24,000 bases of DNA, from the NCBI GenBank assembly GCA_035531115.1, contig DATKTP010000243.1, positions 23,433 through 47,432 on the forward strand. The letters are read 5' to 3'. A program made the position numbers and the translations under genes. The DNA is from Candidatus Deferrimicrobium sp. (GTDB taxonomy: Archaea; Asgardarchaeota; Lokiarchaeia; Helarchaeales; HEL-GB-A). Positions 15,682 through 21,778 of the stretch are shown here, one piece after another; position 1 is the first letter of the stretch; each line of letters opens with the position of its first letter. The notes below the pieces were generated by a model. The model worked only from the letters and a program-made list of their open reading frames with translations, ran no database searches and was not told the DNA's origin.

Positions 15682-15844
15682 GCTACCTTATTTATTTTAT
15701 TTATTTAGGTTTTCAGTTGAGCGTAAAAGCAATTAGTATTTTATTAATAAAATATTAAAGTGAGAATGAGATAAGTTCTGATAGAACTATTTTCTTGGAA
15801 AAGAGTGAAAATTGCTAGGTAAGGATAGAATAGGATAGATAAAT

Positions 15845-16999
15845 ATGTCTAAAGAACTTTTTCAGCACGCGATGAATATTGCGAAGAAGGCAATCCAATT
15901 TGATGAGAGTGGAAATTATAAAATGGCAGTGAACAATTATGTTGAAGCGGCGGATATTCTCACAAGATTTATTAAGACCTCGGGGAATCCTGAAATGAAG
16001 AAGATCTGCTTTTCTAAAGCAGAACAGTATTTACAACGTGCGAAAGAGTTACGGGATGCAATTTCGCCGGAGGGGCCTGGGCATCCTTCAGAGGGAACCG
16101 GAAGATCGGCAAAGGAGACGACCCAATTACGGGGAGCCTTGGAAGAAACGATCACGAGGGAAAAACCAGATGTAAGCATGGCAGAGGTAGCTAACTTGGA
16201 AAATGCCAAACAAGCCTTACGAGAGGCAATTGTGCTTCCCCTCCAGCGACCAGATCTTTTTCAGGGGGCCCGAAAACCCTGGCGAGGCGTGCTCTTATTT
16301 GGACCTCCAGGGTGTGGTAAAACATTATTGGCAAAAGCCATTGCAGCCGAGTGTGAAGCTACCTTTTTTTCGGCAGATGCGGCCTCTTTGGTAAGTAAAT
16401 GGCTAGGTGAAAGCGAGAAGTTAATTAAAGAATTATTTAAACTGGCGAAAGAAGACCAACCCTCTATAATTTTTATCGATGAGGTTGACTCAATTGCGAC
16501 CGCCAGAGGAAATAGGGATGAAATTGGAGGAGAGCGACGTATAAAAACGCAGCTCTTAATAGAAATGGAAGGTGTTAAAGGGAAGGCGCAAGAAAGAATT
16601 ATCATTCTCGGCGCCACAAATCGTCCATGGGAAATAGATCCTGCTTTTCGGCGTAGATTTGAGAAAAGAGTCTATGTGCATTTACCAGATGAAGCAGCAC
16701 GGGAAAAAATGTTTATGATCCATACAGACGGAATTCCGCTAGAAGCGGATGTTAATTTTAGTGAATTAGCAAAAATAACAGAGGGGTATACAGGTTCCGA
16801 CATAGCACTCCTTTCCCGCGAAGCCATTATGATACCGATTCGAGAACTCGATAAAATAGGCGCGCTATCAGACGATGCTGAACCGCGGGACGTGAAACGA
16901 ACAGATTTTATTGAGGCAATGTCAAAAATGAAGCCGGTTGTTTCACCAGATGAATTACGGAAATTTGAAGAATGGAACGATCAATTTGGTGCGGAATAA
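15845..16999 (+). CDS. vps4: Vps4 AAA+ ATPase (N-terminal MIT domain plus a single AAA cassette)
   Basis: The MIT-like N-terminus is AMNIAKKAIQFDESGNYKMAVNNYVEAADIL...AEQYLQRAKELRD. Walker A is GPPGCGKT (16301-16324) and Walker B is IIFIDEVDS. It also has the second-region-of-homology sequence ILGATNRPWEIDPAFRRRFEKR and the C-terminal helix ELRKFEEWNDQFG. Confidence 0.95.
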   Translation: MSKELFQHAMNIAKKAIQFDESGNYKMAVNNYVEAADILTRFIKTSGNPEMKKICFSKAEQYLQRAKELRDAISPEGPGHPSEGTGRSAKETTQLRGALEETITREKPDVSMAEVANLENAKQALREAIVLPLQRPDLFQGARKPWRGVLLFGPPGCGKTLLAKAIAAECEATFFSADAASLVSKWLGESEKLIKELFKLAKEDQPSIIFIDEVDSIATARGNRDEIGGERRIKTQLLIEMEGVKGKAQERIIILGATNRPWEIDPAFRRRFEKRVYVHLPDEAAREKMFMIHTDGIPLEADVNFSELAKITEGYTGSDIALLSREAIMIPIRELDKIGALSDDAEPRDVKRTDFIEAMSKMKPVVSPDELRKFEEWNDQFGAE

Positions 17000-17036
17000 T
17001 TATAATATTCAGATTGCAGTTCAATCTTTTTTAGAT

Positions 17037-17507
17037 CTATAAGGGAGTTGGAAAAATTCCTAATGTTTTTAGTTTCTGATATGCATTTGTAAATTTAGAC
17101 ATAATGTTTTCTTCCTGAATGAACGCTGAAATGTTATATCCCTTCTTTTCTAGCAGAATTTTAAATTTAAAAATATCAGAAATGAGAAATTTAAGTTGTT
17201 CATTATAGATTTGAGCATCAATCTTCCCGAGTTGGTAATTTGAGATGATGGTATCGAGGGTTGCAATGCTAGCATAGAATTCTGCTTGAGCATGTTCTAA
17301 AGTATGGGCTTCAACTTCTGCTTCGGTGATCCTAATGGGAATTTCTAATGGAGGCGGGTTTGATTGATTTTTCACGGTTGTTTGTAAAATATTTTTAACG
17401 GTTTGTGTCTGCTGGACAACTTTTCGGTTTAATTTAGTGATTTCTGCTTCTAATTCGTCGATTGACTTTTCATCCATTTCATTTTTGGGTTTATTTTTTT
17501 GGATCAT
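17037..17507 (-). CDS. ESCRT-I subunit Vps28-like (N-terminal core domain only)
   Basis: 156 aa. AQAEFYASIATLDTIISNYQLGKIDAQIYNEQLKFLISDIFKFKILLEKKGYNISAFIQEENIMSKFTNAYQKLK aligns by eye to the human VPS28 core [75 protein letters not shown]. Its start is 9 nt after the upstream Vps23-like stop. Confidence 0.7.
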   Translation of the reverse strand: MIQKNKPKNEMDEKSIDELEAEITKLNRKVVQQTQTVKNILQTTVKNQSNPPPLEIPIRITEAEVEAHTLEHAQAEFYASIATLDTIISNYQLGKIDAQIYNEQLKFLISDIFKFKILLEKKGYNISAFIQEENIMSKFTNAYQKLKTLGIFPTPL

Positions 17508-17516
17508 AATGGAAAA

Positions 17517-18419
17517 TCACTGAGTAATACCCATTTCTTTCAATTTCTGATTAATCAAATGTAATTCTTTTTGATAATTTTTGTAGAGCTGTGCGTATTC
17601 CGTAGAATTGATTTCACCACATTCGAATTTATCTTCCAAAGTCCGGATTAAATCCTCTACAGCAATTTTTTCACTTTGAAGATCGAGAATTTGTTTATCT
17701 CTCGGATTTTGAGGAAGTAAGATTTCAGCAATTCTATCACCAAGCCTTGGAACGTTATGAACATCCATACGCCCTTCAAGGCGCGCGACTTCCTCCGTCT
17801 TATTAACCAAGGATTTCTGTAAGGATTGAAGTTCATCCTCTAACATGTCAATTTGTGTCTTTAACTCCTTTACCTTCGGGGTTTCCTCTGGGATTTCTGA
17901 GGAAAACGGGGTAGAAGTCTCAGCTGAAGGTTGTTCTGATTTAATGGGAGGAGCGGGAGAAGGAGCTTGTGGTATAACAGGTAATTGTGTCTGAAATGGG
18001 GTGGGTGGAGCTTGTTCTAGCTGGTTCGGAACTTCTTCTTGGGGAGAAGTTAATGTAGATGCGAAAGTATCCGGTAACTTTGGCGAAATTCTAGCAAAGA
18101 TGCCTTTTATTGAATTTATGACCTGATAGAGATGGTATTCAGAACGCCAATAGGTTATTATTCGCAAATTTAACTCACCAGATCTAGGATCTACCTGTGG
18201 ATGATCAGTGGGAGTAACCATTATGACTTTAGGAGCTTGCCGAGGAAAATCGGAAGGGATTAGAATTTCAACTTCAAATTGAATATTTTCATAAGGTCCG
18301 CGTCCAGGAATGGAGCCCCGCCATTTAGTTAAATTTCCTGCTACTGGCTCGAATTCTCGTGCCCGTCTATACATAAGTTGGGCTTCTCTGGCGAGGATAA
18401 ATTCAAACTGGGAACTCAT
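17517..18419 (-). CDS. ESCRT-I subunit Vps23/TSG101-like: UEV (catalytically dead E2-fold) domain, Pro-rich linker, coiled-coil stalk, steadiness-box-like C-terminus
   Basis: The E2-like N-terminus is FEPVAGNLTKWRGSIPG...FEVEILIPSDFPRQAPKV...HPQVDPRSGELNL, where Leu/Asn replaces the active-site Cys. The P-rich segment spans aa 112-181. The C-terminus AVEDLIRTLEDKFECGEINSTEYAQLYKNYQKELHLINQKL resembles the TSG101 steadiness box AIEDTIFYLGEALRRGVIDLDVFLKHVRLLSRKQFQLRALMQK. I prefer the ATG at 18419 (TGGAGG 10 nt upstream) over the TTG at 18443 in the track. Confidence 0.8.
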   Translation of the reverse strand: MSSQFEFILAREAQLMYRRAREFEPVAGNLTKWRGSIPGRGPYENIQFEVEILIPSDFPRQAPKVIMVTPTDHPQVDPRSGELNLRIITYWRSEYHLYQVINSIKGIFARISPKLPDTFASTLTSPQEEVPNQLEQAPPTPFQTQLPVIPQAPSPAPPIKSEQPSAETSTPFSSEIPEETPKVKELKTQIDMLEDELQSLQKSLVNKTEEVARLEGRMDVHNVPRLGDRIAEILLPQNPRDKQILDLQSEKIAVEDLIRTLEDKFECGEINSTEYAQLYKNYQKELHLINQKLKEMGITQ

Positions 18420-18534
18420 AGGATAGTGCCTCCAAAGATACAAATCAATTGAAATCTTAAATAAAGTAGTAAATGCTTTCCTTTAATATTTTCTATTAAT
18501 TTTAGTCCCTATAAAATATTGAGGATTGAGGATT

Positions 18535-18945
18535 TTAAGTATCAGAGAGTTTTTTTACCACTTGAGTTATTCGGTCTTGGAAGACGCGCACTGATCCAAT
18601 AAAATCAATAATTAATTTTGATAAGTCACTTATTTTTTCCAATTGAGCGTTTTCTCTTTCATCAAGGCGCTTATTTAATACATTGATACTCTCTTTAACT
18701 GCTTCAAAAGAAATAATTTCTTCAGATATTAATTTTCTCAAACTTTTCAATTCTTTTTCGATTGTATGCAATTGTTTATACACCTCATTATTTACAGTTT
18801 CTTGTGTACGAATCATATCGGCATTGAGTATATTCATTGCTTCACAGATCTGTTTTAAACTAGCTAAAGTTGGAACGTCACCTAATGGAGTTTTAATTGC
18901 CTCAATTTTAATATCTATTTTTTTCTCGTCTGCGTCGCCAACCAT
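18535..18945 (-). CDS. Coiled-coil protein of unknown function (candidate additional ESCRT-I stalk subunit)
   Basis: 136-aa ORF with an ATG start, predominantly heptad-like helical sequence. It is co-directional with, and upstream of, the Vps23-like and Vps28-like genes. No family was recognised. Confidence 0.55.
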   Translation of the reverse strand: MVGDADEKKIDIKIEAIKTPLGDVPTLASLKQICEAMNILNADMIRTQETVNNEVYKQLHTIEKELKSLRKLISEEIISFEAVKESINVLNKRLDERENAQLEKISDLSKLIIDFIGSVRVFQDRITQVVKKLSDT

Positions 18946-19105
18946 TCAAGATCCCCATTTCTTTAAACTTTTTTATTGACTTAAATCACAACGTCTTTAA
19001 TTCGCGTCTTTGGTCCTTTGAAATCCTCATTTATCCTAATTTTTATATTTCAGAATTTTCATCTCTTCAATAATTTTTTAAAATTCGCTATACTATTTCA
19101 ATTTA

Positions 19106-19351
19106 ATGACTAATAAAATCTCTAATCGGTTTATTATCACTTCCGAAATAATAATCGGGGAGTGGGATTGGAATAGACTAGAGCGCTGTATAGTCTGTAA
19201 TCTCCCCATTACGCAAGAGCAGAAATTAGGTAGATGCCCTGATTGTGGTCATTCCGCACATCTTGAACATTTATTAGAATGGATCAAAATTAAGGGTGTG
19301 TGTCCTTATTGTAAAGGAAAAATAACTGCGGAAAAAATAATTATAAATTAA
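19106..19351 (+). CDS. Small RING-type zinc-finger protein (candidate E3 ubiquitin ligase)
   Basis: 81 aa. The ligand spacing is C28-x2-C31-x15-C47-x-H49-x2-H52-x2-H55-x10-C66-x2-C69. This matches the RING cross-brace spacing with His at ligand positions 4-6. It lies directly upstream of the ubiquitin, E2 and E1 genes. Confidence 0.7.
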   Translation: MTNKISNRFIITSEIIIGEWDWNRLERCIVCNLPITQEQKLGRCPDCGHSAHLEHLLEWIKIKGVCPYCKGKITAEKIIIN

Positions 19352-19590
19352 ATAGATTACTAAACGCGTAGGAAAATACAAAACTTCATAGCCATCCTCA
19401 TTAGATCGTTACCTCTCCAGCTATTGCTGTAACAATATTATCTTGTAATAAAAGATCGATATGAAAAAAATACAAAACTTAATATTTTATTCTTAATTAA
19501 ATTAATATTAAAATAGAAATGAAGTGTATTACGAAAAATATAAAATTAAAATCAAGCAAATCAAAAAGATATGATGGAGGAAATTAGGAA

Positions 19591-19827
19591 ATGATTCTAA
19601 AAATCGTGTCTGCAATTGGGGGGGATGTGATCGAACTCAATACACCCCCAACTACAACAATTTCTGAGATTAAAAGGGAAATTAGCCGAAGAAAACGAAT
19701 TCCAGAAGGAATTTTTGTTCTCGCTTTCAGGGGTACTGAAATAAGAAATGAAAATCTATCTTTGTTAGATATAGGGGCTTCTGACTACGACAAGATTTAT
19801 TTAATCACCCGAACGGAAGGTGGGTAA
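19591..19827 (+). CDS. Ubiquitin-like beta-grasp protein ending in Gly-Gly-stop
   Basis: 78 aa. TISEIKREISRRKRIP aligns to ubiquitin TIENVKAKIQDKEGIP, and VLAFRGTEI aligns to RLIFAGKQL. The C-terminus ...LITRTEGG is followed directly by TAA. A GGAGG Shine-Dalgarno sits at 19576-19580. Confidence 0.85.
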   Translation: MILKIVSAIGGDVIELNTPPTTTISEIKREISRRKRIPEGIFVLAFRGTEIRNENLSLLDIGASDYDKIYLITRTEGG

Positions 19828-19833
19828 TTCTAC

Positions 19834-19866
19834 TTCTTTTTTAAATAACCACATCTTTTTTAATTT
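19834..19866 (+). terminator. Two T6 runs after the ubiquitin gene (candidate terminator or attenuator)
   Basis: T6 runs occur at 19837-19842 and 19856-19861, within 40 nt of the ubiquitin stop. The E2 gene starts 132 nt downstream. Confidence 0.3.
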
Positions 19867-19959
19867 TAATTAATAATATTTTTTTAGCTGCTCTGAACCA
19901 TCTGAATGTGGTTAGAATAATTTATAATTACCACACATCTGAATAGTAACTAAAAATAA

Positions 19960-20445
19960 ATGGTAACCAAGATGTTAAGTGAGGAAGATTACTATAATAG
20001 GTTAGTGTATGAAGCGAAAATATTAGAAGAGGAAGAGCCGTCGTTCAAACCAGTGGCAGGAGATCTAAGAGTTTGGAACGGATTTATTTTAGGAACAGGG
20101 CTTTATGATGGGGGAGTCTTTGAAATTCAATTAACTTTAACGAGGAAGTTCCCATACGAACCTCCAAAAATCAGATGGATAACTAAAACATATCATCCCA
20201 ACATTTCATTGCAAAGTAAAATTTGTGTTGGAATACTTGGAAAAGATTGGGTTCCAACTATGAGTGTTGCAGGTGTGATAGAAACACTCAGAAATTTATT
20301 AAGTTTTCCCAATCCCGCCTCGCCATTGAATACTGAGGCAGCAAATCTCCTGAAAAAAGATAAAAATAGATATGAAATGGAAGTTAAGAAATATGTAGAA
20401 AAATACGCAACTTGGGAAAATTTAAGAAAAACCCAAACGATGTAA
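19960..20445 (+). CDS. E2 ubiquitin-conjugating enzyme (UBC fold, active)
   Basis: It has the canonical motif YHPNISLQSKICVGILGKDWVPTMSV, with HPN at aa 79-81 and the catalytic Cys89 at nt 20224-20226. The downstream SFPNPASPLNTEAA motif is also present. Confidence 0.9.
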   Translation: MVTKMLSEEDYYNRLVYEAKILEEEEPSFKPVAGDLRVWNGFILGTGLYDGGVFEIQLTLTRKFPYEPPKIRWITKTYHPNISLQSKICVGILGKDWVPTMSVAGVIETLRNLLSFPNPASPLNTEAANLLKKDKNRYEMEVKKYVEKYATWENLRKTQTM

Positions 20446-20454
20446 GGGGGTTTT

Positions 20455-21732
20455 TTGGGTATAACAACAAAAAATAAGAATCAGGTTAAGGAAGTTCAGG
20501 TTCAGGGAGAATTAGAAAGATATAGCAGACAAATGCTTTTAAAGAATTGGAATCAAGAGAAATTATTGAATTCTACTGTTTTTATTGCAGGAGTTGGGGC
20601 TCTTGGGACGATCATTGCGTTAAATCTTGCGATGATGGGTGTGGGACACTTAATTTTATGTGATTTTGATACCATAGAGCTCTCGAATTTAGCGCGCCAG
20701 GTACTCTTTGAGAATAAAGATATTGGTAAATCAAAAGTTGTAACGGCAAAGGAAGCTCTTGAGCGAATCAATCCTACAATTAAAATTACCGCTATCAATA
20801 AGCAGTTGGAAACGATTAATCATAAGATTATTGAAGCATGTGATATAGTAGCAGATGGTTTGGATACATTTGAAGCACGAAGATGGCTCAACTCCGTTTG
20901 TATCACACTAAATAAGCCCTTAGTACATGGTGGTATGTTTGGATGGATGGGAAATGTACAGGTCGTTATTCCATTTAAAAGACCCTGTTTAGAATGCCAT
21001 CCACTCATCCCTCAAGAGCGCCTTCAAAAACCTTGTACCCCGCCAGGGGATGCGCGAAAAGAGTTAGAAGCAGAGGAAAAAGAAGAAAAAATTCCAACAC
21101 TAGCTACGGTTTCTACGATTATAGCTGGAATTCAATCACAAGAAATCATTAAGTTACTTATAGGATCCGATAAAATCTTGGATGAATTTCTTTTTTATGA
21201 TGGCCAATCGGAGACAATAACAAGAATGCCACTCATTCTTAATCCAAATTGCATTGTCTGCGGAAAATACCGGTTAGAGGGGATAGATTTCGCAATAGAT
21301 AACGAAGATACTATTCGCGATATAAAAAATAGGTTAATAATGTCTTGGGGTTTAAAAGAACCAATGCGGGTTGTTATTAAAGGTGTAATCCAAGAAGATA
21401 ATATAAAAATTCATGATTTAAAACTCAAAGAAAGAGAAGCGATTTTTGTATATGATAAAATTCTTTCAAAACCCTTAAAACTATATACGGTCTTAAAAGG
21501 AGCTGAGTTTATTCCAGAAGTTTCTGTCATAGCTCCGAAAAAAGAAGTTAAACCAGGTTCCAAATGGTCAAAAATGCATGAACTCGCTGTAGATGTGGGG
21601 AAAGTAACCTATCAAAAAAATCTTTTGCAAATTCAAGCAACCGATGCGGAGACCCCTATTCGATTCTTTCAGACAACGTCAATCTCAAAAATGAAGAAGA
21701 AAATAAGATATAAGTTAAAGGAAAGTAAATAA
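20455..21732 (+). CDS. E1-like ubiquitin-activating enzyme (ThiF/MoeB/UBA adenylation domain) with a C-terminal extension of about 150 aa
   Basis: RYSRQMLL...VFIAGVGALGTIIALNLAMMGVGHLILCDFDTIELSNLARQ is the Rossmann/ATP-binding signature. Two CxxC pairs are present (C178/C181 and C266/C269), with a candidate catalytic Cys194 in KPCTPPG. It has a TTG start 9 nt after the E2 stop, preceded by AAGGGGG. Confidence 0.9.
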   Translation: MGITTKNKNQVKEVQVQGELERYSRQMLLKNWNQEKLLNSTVFIAGVGALGTIIALNLAMMGVGHLILCDFDTIELSNLARQVLFENKDIGKSKVVTAKEALERINPTIKITAINKQLETINHKIIEACDIVADGLDTFEARRWLNSVCITLNKPLVHGGMFGWMGNVQVVIPFKRPCLECHPLIPQERLQKPCTPPGDARKELEAEEKEEKIPTLATVSTIIAGIQSQEIIKLLIGSDKILDEFLFYDGQSETITRMPLILNPNCIVCGKYRLEGIDFAIDNEDTIRDIKNRLIMSWGLKEPMRVVIKGVIQEDNIKIHDLKLKEREAIFVYDKILSKPLKLYTVLKGAEFIPEVSVIAPKKEVKPGSKWSKMHELAVDVGKVTYQKNLLQIQATDAETPIRFFQTTSISKMKKKIRYKLKESK

Positions 21733-21778
21733 ACTATATATTTGAAATTGAATTAATAAGCTTTCGAGGATTTCCACG

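Noticed and set aside
19373-19480. 14-nt direct repeat AAAATACAAAACTT (19373-19386 and 19467-19480) between the RING and ubiquitin genes, considered as a possible small RNA or mobile-element footprint
   Set aside because: It is A-rich and low-complexity in a spacer that is very AT-rich by eye. There is no flanking inverted repeat, no ORF, and no structured RNA between the copies. At most it is a weak promoter-region duplication.
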